Shown piece by piece: positions 54,971-64,000 of a DNA stretch of 64,000 bases. Under the pieces are notes generated by a model. It saw only the letters and a list, made by a program, of their open reading frames with translations. It was not told where the DNA came from and searched no databases. Source of the DNA: a virus; IMG/VR virus record IMGVR_UViG_3300037262_000003, positions 46,054-110,053 of that record. One strand, written 5' to 3'. The stretch's first letter is position 1, and every line of letters starts with the position of its first letter. The position numbers and the translations under genes were made by a program.

Positions 54971-57757
54971 TTATCTGATCGGGCAAGCCCCTGACGCACA
55001 TTCCTCTGAGATACTATCACTCGTCCTAGTTGCTTCTGCCACTTGGTAGGCGGCCTCAGAGATCCTGGTGTAGGGTGCCTGATCTCTGGTGGCATCTACC
55101 ATGATAGTTGTTCCCTTGAGCTTTGGCAAGTACGCCCGAAGTATACCGTCCAAGGCTTCTGGTGTCACTGTTCCCTCAGGCACGTTAGCTGTGTAGGATA
55201 TAGCGTTATCCGCCCAGTGCTTCTGGTAGAACGCCTGTAGCTCAAGCATGTCTTCGATTGAGACCTGCTCGGCAGACTCAACCAGATCTACATCCAGCCC
55301 GAGGGCTCGCACCTGAGACACTAGCAGATTCTCAGTAGGAAAGCAAACCACAGCAGTCATGCCCGACTCATCGTAGACATCAGTCTCGACCTTGAATCCC
55401 TGCTGCTGGAATGCCTGGACCTGCTCGAACTCCCTGTCGTCCCTCAACGAGAAACGTACCCTCTGGATGAACCAGCGGGCGTAGATCGCCTGGATACCCT
55501 CGCTCACACCTGGAAGCTTCGACACCGAACCCGTGGGAGCCACCGTAGTGACCTTGACGGGAGCCGGAATGCGAAGCTCGACGGCGTAATCGTTAGCTTC
55601 CTGACGTACGGTGTGATAGAGATGTCGCAGTAGTCCCTGAGGGCTCACGATGCCGTTATCACGCTGCTTGGCGATCTCACTGTACTTCAACTCGTACGCC
55701 TTGGCGAAAAAGCCCTGGACACCCATGTGCCCGACACCGATACGACGGTTCCTGTCCTGAATGACCTTCTGCTTGGGATCTGTGATGTCCCCGAAGGTGC
55801 TACGTACCAGGAAGCGCGTAACCAGGCGATGAGCCTCAAGCAGGAGCTGAGGATCGAAGCCACAGGCTACTTCCTTGTTCACGAACCAGTCTAGGTTAAC
55901 GTGGCCTAGATTGCAAGCCTCCCAAGCCTCTAGCGGGATCTCGCCGCAGTTAGCCGACATGACGCCCGACATGTGCCCTGCAATGGGTTCCGGGTCAAGC
56001 ACGATGTATGCGTGGCTGTCATCCACAGTACCGTTGTACACATCTGCACGACCTGCGGGCTCTACCGACACGACCTTGTGATTCGGTGAGTGCCCGTCCA
56101 TTCCATTTTGCTGACGCAGAGGCATGTCATAACGCCTGTGACCAAGTTCGGTCATTAGCGCTAGATTATCCATACCATTGTTAGTGCCGTCACCGTCTAT
56201 GTGCGCTACGTTGATTCCATCAGGAAGCTCAGTGCCCAGGAAGTTCTCCCAGAGCATACGGTGTGTCCACTGGTGGTTGGCAGCATTCCTGTCGCTATCC
56301 CACCCGTGAATCCTCTCGTGCCCGCTGGAATCTCTGCTAGCAGAGAACGCCCGAATCGACTGACCCTCGCGAAGATGCTGCGCCTGTACCTTCTCCCCAC
56401 GGAATGAGAAGAAGTTATGGTCCGGAGTACAACGCACTTCTAGACCACTGTCGAACGTGACCTTCAGAATTTCTGTGTTCTTTCGGGTCAGTCGTGGCTG
56501 ACGCATCCACCTAACGACGGGCTTCTTAGTCTTTGGATGCCAGGAGTAGACCTGAACATCTTCTCCGACCTCTGCTAGATCCTTAAAAGTTCTTGGACCA
56601 TCGATGGTAGCGATAACAGTATCGCCAGTCAAGCATGGGTTCGTTGCGATGATCGTACCAGGCTCACCCTCGTTTGACAAGTCTGAGTTCCAGTAGCCCG
56701 GCTCACCGTTCTTGAGCACGGCCTCGCAGACCGCCTTGTGGACCTGACGTGCCCAGGCTACATTACCAGTCTGATCATCAAGAGCAGCAAGGAACTCGTT
56801 GTCAATCTCGACTGAGATGTTGGTGGTCCAAAACTTGGAGCCATCCGCCTTGGCGTTGATGAAGTCTATGATGTATGGGTCGTCCCAGTGGCACATGCTC
56901 ATGCGAGCTGAACGACGCTTGCCGCCAGCGATGGCCCCGACCGAGATGACATGATCCATCTCCATAATATCGACTGGGGAGAAATGACCCACTGACCATG
57001 CACGGTTCAGGACGCTCACAATATCGTGAAGCATCTTAGCCAACGGGGCAGGACCGGAAGCCACACCGCCTGATGACACAAGAGGGGAACCCTCGGGGCG
57101 AATCTTGGACAGATCCAAGAATATCGAGACCGGGCGATCCGCCTTACCGTAAATGCTCATGGCCTCATCGATAACATGTGACAGAGCTACAGCCCATCCC
57201 TCACGAGTGTCTTCCACGAGACAAACACCATCGGAGTAGTGACGGGCAGCGTGAGCGACTTCCTTGTCGAATACGTCAGAAGAAGCCAGATACTCGCGCA
57301 TCTTCTCGTAATCAGTATGAGTCTCATCCGCAGCGAGGATCAGGTTGATCGGGTGCTTGGGATATCCGTAGTGCTCGAAGAGTCTGGTGCTGTAATTAGC
57401 CCCGACACCGCCGCCTTCCACCAGTCGCATGAACGTGAATGCGAAGTGGTCGGAGAACTTCTGGCCCCAGCCACTCACGTGACAGTTGAACAGGAACTGA
57501 CGGCCCTCGACACCACTCGCCCATAGCTGACGACCCGCAGGGAGAATGGCCATATTGCCCATGTAGTAGTTGAGGCTGTCGTACTCCTTCCAGACCTCCT
57601 TGCTCCACGTGCTCTGGTGACCATACACGAGTGAGAGGTTTCCACGTGCAACACGGGCAACGGTCTCGGGCCAAGTCTCGTAATTACCGTCTGGCTTGAC
57701 ACGTGAGTACGTCCGCCTGTACACAGCCTCACCAGTGGGGCCAAATGGGGTTGCCAA
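54971..57757 (-). CDS. nrdJ: Class II (adenosylcobalamin-dependent) ribonucleotide reductase, intein-containing
   Basis: RTYSR..ETW, PAGRQLW, FNC, RRSA, TNP[intein]CGEI, CNLG, APTG, C-terminal CASGACP. Confidence 0.92.
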   Translation of the reverse strand: MATPFGPTGEAVYRRTYSRVKPDGNYETWPETVARVARGNLSLVYGHQSTWSKEVWKEYDSLNYYMGNMAILPAGRQLWASGVEGRQFLFNCHVSGWGQKFSDHFAFTFMRLVEGGGVGANYSTRLFEHYGYPKHPINLILAADETHTDYEKMREYLASSDVFDKEVAHAARHYSDGVCLVEDTREGWAVALSHVIDEAMSIYGKADRPVSIFLDLSKIRPEGSPLVSSGGVASGPAPLAKMLHDIVSVLNRAWSVGHFSPVDIMEMDHVISVGAIAGGKRRSARMSMCHWDDPYIIDFINAKADGSKFWTTNISVEIDNEFLAALDDQTGNVAWARQVHKAVCEAVLKNGEPGYWNSDLSNEGEPGTIIATNPCLTGDTVIATIDGPRTFKDLAEVGEDVQVYSWHPKTKKPVVRWMRQPRLTRKNTEILKVTFDSGLEVRCTPDHNFFSFRGEKVQAQHLREGQSIRAFSASRDSSGHERIHGWDSDRNAANHQWTHRMLWENFLGTELPDGINVAHIDGDGTNNGMDNLALMTELGHRRYDMPLRQQNGMDGHSPNHKVVSVEPAGRADVYNGTVDDSHAYIVLDPEPIAGHMSGVMSANCGEIPLEAWEACNLGHVNLDWFVNKEVACGFDPQLLLEAHRLVTRFLVRSTFGDITDPKQKVIQDRNRRIGVGHMGVQGFFAKAYELKYSEIAKQRDNGIVSPQGLLRHLYHTVRQEANDYAVELRIPAPVKVTTVAPTGSVSKLPGVSEGIQAIYARWFIQRVRFSLRDDREFEQVQAFQQQGFKVETDVYDESGMTAVVCFPTENLLVSQVRALGLDVDLVESAEQVSIEDMLELQAFYQKHWADNAISYTANVPEGTVTPEALDGILRAYLPKLKGTTIMVDATRDQAPYTRISEAAYQVAEATRTSDSISEECASGACPIR
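55949..56635 (-). mobile_element. Intein (229 aa) with internal HNH endonuclease
   Basis: CLTGDT start, CTPDH block B, VYNGTV block F, ends SAN|C; HR..W...HIDGDGTNN..NL. Confidence 0.9.
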
Positions 57758-57804
57758 AGTAGACTCCTTGCATAGATTGGTTAAAAGAGAAGTAAAGGAC
57801 TCTC

Positions 57805-57834
57805 AGTGTATCGCTGAGAGTCCCGTGCTGTCAA
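57805..57834 (-). promoter_or_regulatory. nrdJ promoter embedded in a terminator hairpin
   Basis: TTGACA-N18-TACACT; stem GGACTCTCAG/CTGAGAGTCC. Confidence 0.65.
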
Positions 57835-57837
57835 GAC

Positions 57838-58656
57838 TTAGAACAGGTGCTTAATCCAGTTCCAGAAGTTGAAGTGAGGCTTCGGAGCTGGAGGGGTTGG
57901 CGCTGGTGTTTCATACAGAGCATCGAACTCTGCAAGGAGTGATGTGATGTTGAGCCCGAGAGGATCTACGCCCGTCTTCTCGTTGATCCAGTCTTCGGTG
58001 ATAATGACCCAAGCCTCATCGCCATATGTGAGCCAGAACTCGGGTGTCATGGGCTGTAGCTTACCCCACGTCACGGCGTAGATGTAATCAGCGTCCCACT
58101 TCTGTAGATCGATAGCGTGACCACCGACAGAAGGGCTTCCTGGTACTACCGACCATGGCTGACCCTGACTGAACTGGGTCTCAGCGCTCTGGGGGACCTG
58201 GAAGCCCAAGTAAACAGAACCGAACAAGTCTAGGGCCTGCTTCATCTCTACCAGGTCAGTGTGATTGACCTGAGCGAAGGCACGGATCTTGTGTCCGCCT
58301 AGGCCCGACTGCTGGACGTACTTGAGAACGTTCTGCTCGACGGCACCGTTGTCGTTGGCACCAGTGGATGGGTTATAGCCCGAGACGGCCTCGTAGAGGG
58401 CCAGGACGGAGCTAACAGGCACGGTAAGGGTTACACCAGCGGAGTAGGTCGTCCACGCCTCCAGGGCGTGTCCTAGGGCCGCACAGGTGCAGTCTCCAAG
58501 GCGGTCGTTGTCGTACATCGGCCACGAGATGACCTTGGATGCCCAGTCCACAACAGCCGGGACTGCGGGCGTTACAGCTAGATGATCACGCAGGTGAACA
58601 CGAGGAGCTTCTGCCTCGGTTAGCGGGTCTAGCTTGCCATACTTGAAAGCCGTCAC
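57838..58656 (-). CDS. Papain-like cysteine peptidase
   Basis: NDRLGDCTCAA, GGHA, VTWG. Confidence 0.75.
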   Translation of the reverse strand: MTAFKYGKLDPLTEAEAPRVHLRDHLAVTPAVPAVVDWASKVISWPMYDNDRLGDCTCAALGHALEAWTTYSAGVTLTVPVSSVLALYEAVSGYNPSTGANDNGAVEQNVLKYVQQSGLGGHKIRAFAQVNHTDLVEMKQALDLFGSVYLGFQVPQSAETQFSQGQPWSVVPGSPSVGGHAIDLQKWDADYIYAVTWGKLQPMTPEFWLTYGDEAWVIITEDWINEKTGVDPLGLNITSLLAEFDALYETPAPTPPAPKPHFNFWNWIKHLF

Positions 58657-58709
58657 GATTTCTCCCTTGTCCAGTAATACAAGGGTAGATCGTGACGGCT
58701 TCCGGTTTG

Positions 58710-58904
58710 TCAAGCAGAGTTACTCTGCAAAAGGTTGTGCAGGATTTGCTGATCCTCCGCTGACTCAATGTTGCCATTGTCGTCAACGAACTCGCGAACC
58801 AGATGTTCCTGTCGGGGCGTAAGCATCGGCTTGCCGACGTTACCACGCCCCTCGTTCATGCGTGCGATGACCTCACCACGTGCGTCTACGTAATCAGACG
58901 TCAT
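58710..58904 (-). CDS. Hypothetical protein
   Basis: GGAG RBS; coupled. Confidence 0.5.
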   Translation of the reverse strand: MTSDYVDARGEVIARMNEGRGNVGKPMLTPRQEHLVREFVDDNGNIESAEDQQILHNLLQSNSA

Positions 58905-59190
58905 TGTTCTCCAATCTGTGCTCGGGCGGAAGCAGATCATCAAGGATCTTGGCGTACCACAGCAGCGCTGCGGGGCCATCCTCGAACATATCGTTCTCTG
59001 CATCGTCGTCTAGTTCCTCTGCCTTTTCAAGGATGTCGTCACGGACTGTCTGGATGTAGCCCCGGCGATCGGCAATGACTGCTGCCTTGATTGCCTTAGT
59101 CAGGGCTTCCTCCTGAGAGATCCCCCGCCCGTATCCAAGTGCCTGCTGGATCTGGAATACCTCCAGTCCGACTGCGATCGGGTCCATCAT
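58894..59190 (-). CDS. Hypothetical protein
   Basis: ATGA overlap with whiB. Confidence 0.5.
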   Translation of the reverse strand: MMDPIAVGLEVFQIQQALGYGRGISQEEALTKAIKAAVIADRRGYIQTVRDDILEKAEELDDDAENDMFEDGPAALLWYAKILDDLLPPEHRLENNDV

Positions 59191-59432
59191 CTCTCGTCCG
59201 GTAGCTTCCCGCCCCATATACCCTCCTCTTCGCTCATGCCCAGGATCAGGCATTCTGTAATTACCGGACAGGTCGCACAAACGGCCTTGGCTAGTGCGAT
59301 CTGCTTATGCCTTGGGACACGGCCACCCTGAATTTTTACAGTTCCAAGACGTGACGTTCTACCACGCCTGGTGGTCGTGTCCCAATAGCCAGGATCATAG
59401 CCCCAGCAGGCCGCGTTGTCAAGCACTACCAA
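59187..59432 (-). CDS. whiB: WhiB-family transcription factor
   Basis: AAC...AKAVCATCPVITEC...GIWGG. Confidence 0.9.
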   Translation of the reverse strand: MVVLDNAACWGYDPGYWDTTTRRGRTSRLGTVKIQGGRVPRHKQIALAKAVCATCPVITECLILGMSEEEGIWGGKLPDER

Positions 59433-59884
59433 GTCTCTTCTTCTGCTTCCCAGAGATCGTACTCGTTGTTAGAGGCCCACTGGGCCTTCAACTCTTCTAT
59501 GGTGGGGATCTTGGGTCCAGCGCCGGGAACACGCCTAGGCAGATCAGCGATAGCCCCGGTGCCGTGCTTGACAGGAATCCAGTCCGTGACTGTAATCACG
59601 CGCTGCTTGGATTCCACACGGGTGATGGTGACCTCATCCTCGTCTTCCCATGGTCTCTGGTCCTGGTATTCGGTAAGGCCCGAGCTGTAATTAGCCTCGT
59701 AGATCAGGCCGTCATCCGGGGCCTTGAATACGACCGTGTGATGCTGCTCCCAACGGCCCGAGTCACCAAGGATCTCGTCCAGAATCCTGACACCGAGTTC
59801 TTCGTCTGGGTCAAAGGGCACGCCCCAGGTCTCGTAGATGAGTTCCCGTGGAACCTTCCTGATGATGTTAGGACTCATTGTCAC
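59426..59884 (-). CDS. Hypothetical protein
   Basis: GRW...VF...Y..GLTEYQ motif. Confidence 0.6.
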   Translation of the reverse strand: MTMSPNIIRKVPRELIYETWGVPFDPDEELGVRILDEILGDSGRWEQHHTVVFKAPDDGLIYEANYSSGLTEYQDQRPWEDEDEVTITRVESKQRVITVTDWIPVKHGTGAIADLPRRVPGAGPKIPTIEELKAQWASNNEYDLWEAEEETW

Positions 59885-60185
59885 CAGCGACCCAGGTCAT
59901 GAAGGCACCGAAGGCGCTCTCAGCGCTCCACTGGTAGTCGTTGTACCAGACGTGACGACCATCGATCAGGACTTCAATCTCGTAATCAGTCTCCTGGGTG
60001 TACTCCGAGTAACCGCCCGAGACCTCAGACTCAAGAAGAGTCACCCGTCCGGTCAGCCCCGTCCGGGCGATGATACGGTCACGGAGTTCTCCTGAGATTT
60101 CCGATTCGATGGTGACCGTAGGGTAAGGCCACTCGTCAGGATCACCCGGACCCACGATCTCATCGATCTTAGTGATGTCGCTCAT
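59868..60185 (-). CDS. Hypothetical protein
   Basis: AGGAGG RBS; GGYSEYTQE. Confidence 0.55.
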   Translation of the reverse strand: MSDITKIDEIVGPGDPDEWPYPTVTIESEISGELRDRIIARTGLTGRVTLLESEVSGGYSEYTQETDYEIEVLIDGRHVWYNDYQWSAESAFGAFMTWVAGDNES

Positions 60186-60355
60186 TCTGCTTCCCTCCTG
60201 ATTGCGTCGTATAGATCCGAGACGTGCTTGTACTCCTCCCACAGGAGGCGGAACGAGACAGACCCGTTGGACTGCTCGTCCATACTTACGGCTAGCTCCT
60301 CCTGGTGCTCCCGGATCAGATCCAGCACCGAGTCCAGCTTCACAGTTGCTTCCAT
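60182..60355 (-). CDS. Hypothetical protein
   Basis: ATGA coupling to the downstream gene. Confidence 0.45.
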   Translation of the reverse strand: MEATVKLDSVLDLIREHQEELAVSMDEQSNGSVSFRLLWEEYKHVSDLYDAIRREAE

Positions 60356-60365
60356 GACCAGAAGA

Positions 60366-60659
60366 CTACCTTGCCCAGGGATTGCTGTCAATAGGGTCCG
60401 TAGTCGCGTTGTTGCCCGAGGGCTGATAGACGAACTTGTCCGTGAAGGAGACCGTCCGAGGGTTACTGGCGTAGCCCACGAGAACGTCCTGCCAGACCAT
60501 CGGGTCAGAGATGTGGACACGTGACATGTCTTCCTCAAGGGGCTTGCGTATGTAGAAGTAGGCATTCATACAGCTCTGCCCGTCATACGTCATCGAGAAG
60601 TAATCAGCCTTGATGACTTCGTAAGCTGAGTTGGCCATGACGACCTTGTAGGTGAACAT
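60366..60659 (-). CDS. Hypothetical protein
   Basis: AGGAG RBS. Confidence 0.55.
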   Translation of the reverse strand: MFTYKVVMANSAYEVIKADYFSMTYDGQSCMNAYFYIRKPLEEDMSRVHISDPMVWQDVLVGYASNPRTVSFTDKFVYQPSGNNATTDPIDSNPWAR

Positions 60660-60826
60660 TCGGCTCCTAAGTTACTTTGTATAGGACTACTAGAGTTATA
60701 AAACCCTAAAGTCAAAATCAAGATCAAGTACTTAGAGGGTACCAGGACGACCTGAAGATGTCAAGGGGACGTTTTAGCAGGTCAGAGGGTATTGACGCCC
60801 GTAATCAGGTAGTGTAGGCTTCAACC

Positions 60827-61018
60827 ATGGAAACGATCACAGGAAACATCACAGAAGTTCTACTCGATGTCATAGCAGGGACGCTGAAAGTCCTCATGGG
60901 CATCTCACTGGGCGAGTTCGGCCCGATCGAAGAGGAGGAAGCAGTCGGCGTGGCCACTGCCCTCGGGCGTGTCGTCGCTGACGCGCAGCAAAAGGCACAG
61001 GAAGGAGGGTACTCTTGA
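60827..61018 (+). CDS. Leaderless hypothetical protein
   Basis: TTGACG-N17-TAGGCT-N6-ATG (promoter at 60792). Confidence 0.6.
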   Translation: METITGNITEVLLDVIAGTLKVLMGISLGEFGPIEEEEAVGVATALGRVVADAQQKAQEGGYS

Positions 61019-61236
61019 TCGAAGCGCTCGTAGTGGTCTGGTGCTTCGCGAGCTTCGTCGTGCTGGCGGGGCTTCTAGCACTATATCCGCCCGTAAAACG
61101 GGCCACATGGACGTGCTGCGTCATCCTGATGCTGTCCTTCGGGAGTTATTTTGCCTCGGCATGGGCTCTTGGCAACGAGGTCACCCACGGAACCGTCGCA
61201 ATTGTCACTATAGAACCCCATGGAGCCCCGAAATGA
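61015..61236 (+). CDS. Small 2-TM protein
   Basis: AAGGAGG RBS; hydrophobic. Confidence 0.55.
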   Translation: MIEALVVVWCFASFVVLAGLLALYPPVKRATWTCCVILMLSFGSYFASAWALGNEVTHGTVAIVTIEPHGAPK

Positions 61237-61493
61237 CCCCTACGAGCATTCCGACAAGGGCCGGGGGCTTCCATTTCATGCGTCGTGAGGCAGCAGAACA
61301 GTGGTTTCTGAGCCTAGGAGACGCCGCGGAGGCCGTTGAAGCCCTCTTGACAACCGTGGAGGCTTACGGTAGTCTGAAGTTGTTCAAGTGGAGGGACACA
61401 GACGACGCCTGGGGAAAGCACTACGACCTCTGCGTCGAGAGAACCACCCACGGGGAGTGGAATCTGATGCTAGAGGTCGTATGCTACTGGTAA
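61233..61493 (+). CDS. Hypothetical protein
   Basis: ATGA overlap. Confidence 0.5.
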   Translation: MTPTSIPTRAGGFHFMRREAAEQWFLSLGDAAEAVEALLTTVEAYGSLKLFKWRDTDDAWGKHYDLCVERTTHGEWNLMLEVVCYW

Positions 61494-61532
61494 ACGCCGG
61501 GCAGACGTGGGAAATGCCGGGCAAAGACTGGC

Positions 61533-61697
61533 CTAGAAGACCAGCCCGGCCAGGAAGAAGCTTGAAAGCGCGCCCCAGGGCATCCAGGCAACGTCAGAGC
61601 CGGTAGCCCCGAGGATATGGCCCTGGATCAGGGTGTAGATCAGCATCAGAATGAAAGCGATGAGGATAAAGACGTTCGAGCGGGTGAATACGTTCAT
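61533..61697 (-). CDS. Small 2-TM protein
   Basis: MNVFTRSNVFILIAFILML...; AGGA RBS. Confidence 0.5.
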   Translation of the reverse strand: MNVFTRSNVFILIAFILMLIYTLIQGHILGATGSDVAWMPWGALSSFFLAGLVF

Positions 61698-61766
61698 GAG
61701 AGTCCTGCCTTGAAAGATTGAGGGGGTCTAAGAACAGTCTACCCCCGTTTCGGGCAAGGAGGAAAT

Positions 61767-62063
61767 ATGCTAACTACGGGCAGCGTGTACTACAGGGTAG
61801 ATTCCATCGGAAAGACAAGACCAGCAGCGGATTTCTACCTAAGGATAGACGATCGACTAATAGTGTCCGGTATCACGTACCTGGACACAAACGCATGGGT
61901 CATCTACGAGTCATTCGTACCGGAGATTACGGTGATGGGTGGTGGTCAGTCATTCCAAAAGCCTACGCAAGAAGACTACGATGCTAGCATCGTCAACCCG
62001 GATTATATAGAGGGTAGACGGGAAATGCTCACATGGGTAAGGGACAAATTGTCACTGTCCTGA
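61767..62063 (+). CDS. Hypothetical protein
   Basis: AAGGAGG RBS. Confidence 0.6.
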   Translation: MLTTGSVYYRVDSIGKTRPAADFYLRIDDRLIVSGITYLDTNAWVIYESFVPEITVMGGGQSFQKPTQEDYDASIVNPDYIEGRREMLTWVRDKLSLS

Positions 62064-62210
62064 TTTGGGCCTAGACACAAAAAATCCCTGGACAGGAGGT
62101 TGACACTGTCCAGGGTTCGTTTCACTATACGTGCAAAAAAATACAGGCACGCCCAATCTGAGAAGGCAACCCGTTAATGGTGGGGGCCTTCTCTTCATGG
62201 GTTAAGCTTA

Positions 62211-62384
62211 TCAGTGCCGTGTGCTGCTGTCCATGCAGACCTCCAAGAGCTGGTGACCCTTGATCGTGTTCACATTGATGCCCGTGAACTTCCTCTGTGT
62301 GGGCGTCCACAACGCGTTCCACATTGCCTGTTGGATAGCGGTGCGCGTGCCCTTGACGTTCTCTGTCTGCGTGGTGTGTTCCAT
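62211..62384 (-). CDS. Leaderless hypothetical protein
   Basis: TTGACT-N17-TAAGCT-N6-ATG. Confidence 0.5.
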   Translation of the reverse strand: MEHTTQTENVKGTRTAIQQAMWNALWTPTQRKFTGINVNTIKGHQLLEVCMDSSTRH

Positions 62385-62462
62385 GGCTAAAGCTTAGCAA
62401 GAACCAGGGGGGTAGTCAAGGGGATTATTCATGCCCTACGACTACCCCCCCCCCCCTGGCGA

Positions 62463-63050
62463 TTAATTCCCGCAGTGCTGGCAGTCACAGACACGCTTGG
62501 GCTCTAGCGTGAACTGGCAGACCAGCATCTCGATCATGCCTCCCGTGTAAGCCTTAGCAGCCTTGACGACCTTATCGGCTGCGAACACACGCCCCGGGGG
62601 GGAGACGGACAGGTCAGCTATGAGTACCTGCATGAGCTTGGACTTAGCGTCTGCGAACCCTAGAGCCTGTCCCTTGTTGGACAGAAGCGGGAACTTGTAT
62701 CCGGCGTAGGAGGCGACCCAGATGCCGAACGCCTTGCCATCCTTGGGTTTGACCGTCTGTCGCATAAGACCAATGTAGCAGTCGAGCCCGGCGTTGTCAC
62801 GGACACGGAGCTTGTATGTGCTGGAGCCCGTCTTGCTCCAGTCGGAGCCGTAGACCGGGTTGATGCCCGTGAACGGGCTTTTGCGAGGCAGATCGGGCAT
62901 GTCCATGACGGGCATGTAATCAGTGGTGACCTTGGAGGCTAGGCTAGCCGCCATGTAGACGCGGGAGTTAGCGGCGTGCTTGGCCCCGTGCTTGAGTGTC
63001 TGGTTCTTGTGGCCGACCTGCGAGTTGCCGATCGTGGCGTGCTTACCCAT
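62463..63050 (-). CDS. Hypothetical early protein
   Basis: GAAGGAG RBS; promoter TTGACG-N17-TAATGT; C-terminal CDCQHC. Confidence 0.6.
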   Translation of the reverse strand: MGKHATIGNSQVGHKNQTLKHGAKHAANSRVYMAASLASKVTTDYMPVMDMPDLPRKSPFTGINPVYGSDWSKTGSSTYKLRVRDNAGLDCYIGLMRQTVKPKDGKAFGIWVASYAGYKFPLLSNKGQALGFADAKSKLMQVLIADLSVSPPGRVFAADKVVKAAKAYTGGMIEMLVCQFTLEPKRVCDCQHCGN

Positions 63051-63188
63051 GATGTGCTCCTTCAAGAGTGTCTGACGAGAAGAACATTACCAGGCAGCCC
63101 GGAGTCCGTCAAGTAGATGGCTTCCGAATTATCGGGCTCAGAGTGCTTACTCAGGCGAGGTGCTCCGGGCTGCCTTACGTTCCAAACT

Positions 63189-63518
63189 CTAGTCTATGAT
63201 CACGATCTTGTCAAGAAGCGCGGGCATCTGGTCTACGAGATCGGCCAGAAGTGCCTCGCCAGTGCGGGAGGACACCTTGACGTCGAACTCATCCGGCCCC
63301 TGAATCGTAACACGGGCACCTTTATCCGTCAAGGTGTCGATGATGTAGAGGTTCGGGCCACCGTCCCATTCGGGGTCCAGGAACAGCCCGTGTGCGATGA
63401 GCCACGTGCTAGAGCTGATGCCGTTCCGCATGAGTACCTCACGGACCTGACGCTTGCTCGCGTCCATCCACAGAAGCGTACCTCGCTCGTGCTGCGTTGT
63501 CAACCCCTCCATTGTCAC
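63189..63518 (-). CDS. Hypothetical early protein
   Basis: Lies downstream of the tandem promoters. Confidence 0.55.
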   Translation of the reverse strand: MTMEGLTTQHERGTLLWMDASKRQVREVLMRNGISSSTWLIAHGLFLDPEWDGGPNLYIIDTLTDKGARVTIQGPDEFDVKVSSRTGEALLADLVDQMPALLDKIVIID

Positions 63519-63567
63519 GCTCTGTATACCATTACTACATCGCGTGGTGGCTTGGTGACTTGATTGA

Positions 63568-63878
63568 ATACTATCACCCGTGCCAGGGGGGTGTCAACCC
63601 CCGTTGTGCTCACTCAGAGTGACATTTACTGGCCTGCCACTATGTTATACGCCACTGCATTGTGTGTCAAGTTGACATTATGCGTGTGAGATGGTTGACA
63701 TTTACAGTCATTCCACGTGTCCAGCGCTGCCAACACCCAAAGCCCAAAGCCCAAAGCCCAAAGCCCAAAGCTTATCTCATGTGGTACCAGGTGTCAAGTC
63801 CGTTGTCGGCTGCGCTCCGTGAAGAACTGCTTCTGTTTCCATGCCCGAAGTCTAGCGGATAGCGGCCTGTAGTGTCAA
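63568..63878 (-). promoter_or_regulatory. Four tandem consensus sigma70-type promoters
   Basis: TTGACA at 63597, 63670, 63797 and 63878, with TAGTAT, TAACAT, TAAGCT and TAGACT at 17-18 nt spacing. Confidence 0.75.
63736..63770. repeat. (CCCAAAG)x5 tandem repeat
   Basis: Five perfect copies. Confidence 0.95.
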
Positions 63879-63974
63879 CAGGTCATCCAGGTACATGCCC
63901 GGATTGGCGAAGATGTGAGCCATCATGCCCGCGTCCGTGTCGTCCTGGGACTGGTCTGCGGTCTGCGTGTGCAT
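63852..63974 (-). CDS. 40-aa hypothetical protein
   Basis: GGAGGG RBS. Confidence 0.4.
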   Translation of the reverse strand: MHTQTADQSQDDTDAGMMAHIFANPGMYLDDLLTLQAAIR

Positions 63975-64000
63975 GTACCCTCCAGGGTTCGTGCTTGGTT

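Overview
This window is part of a large actinobacterial myovirus genome. Evidence: contractile tail, N4-gp56-type capsid, WhiB, many TTGAC-N17/18-TANNNT promoters, and several leaderless genes. The minus strand carries the virion module: terminase, portal, scaffold, capsid, neck, tail fibres, sheath, tube, chaperones, tape measure with an SLT domain, and baseplate. Plus-strand accessory islands interrupt it. Further along are lysis-like membrane genes, a phosphoesterase, a RecA-like gene, and an array of 29 hand-folded canonical tRNAs plus two aberrant tRNA-like RNAs with structured spacers. These are followed by a class II ribonucleotide reductase with an HNH-type intein, a papain-like peptidase, WhiB, and small early genes next to a promoter-dense region. 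Best candidate for a new system: two GH12 (beta-1,4-glucanase/cellulase) domains. One is inserted into the beta-helix of a GC-rich, apparently recently swapped tailspike. The other is a divergent secreted, membrane-anchored protein with its own promoter. Together they suggest glucan-receptor binding plus receptor destruction. Other leads: an operon of Cys/His microproteins, an N-terminal 'QF' motif on putative head-cargo proteins, repeated pseudoknots in front of tRNAs, AUU/AUC starts, and frameshift sites in virion genes. All calls come from reading motifs by eye; no database search was run.
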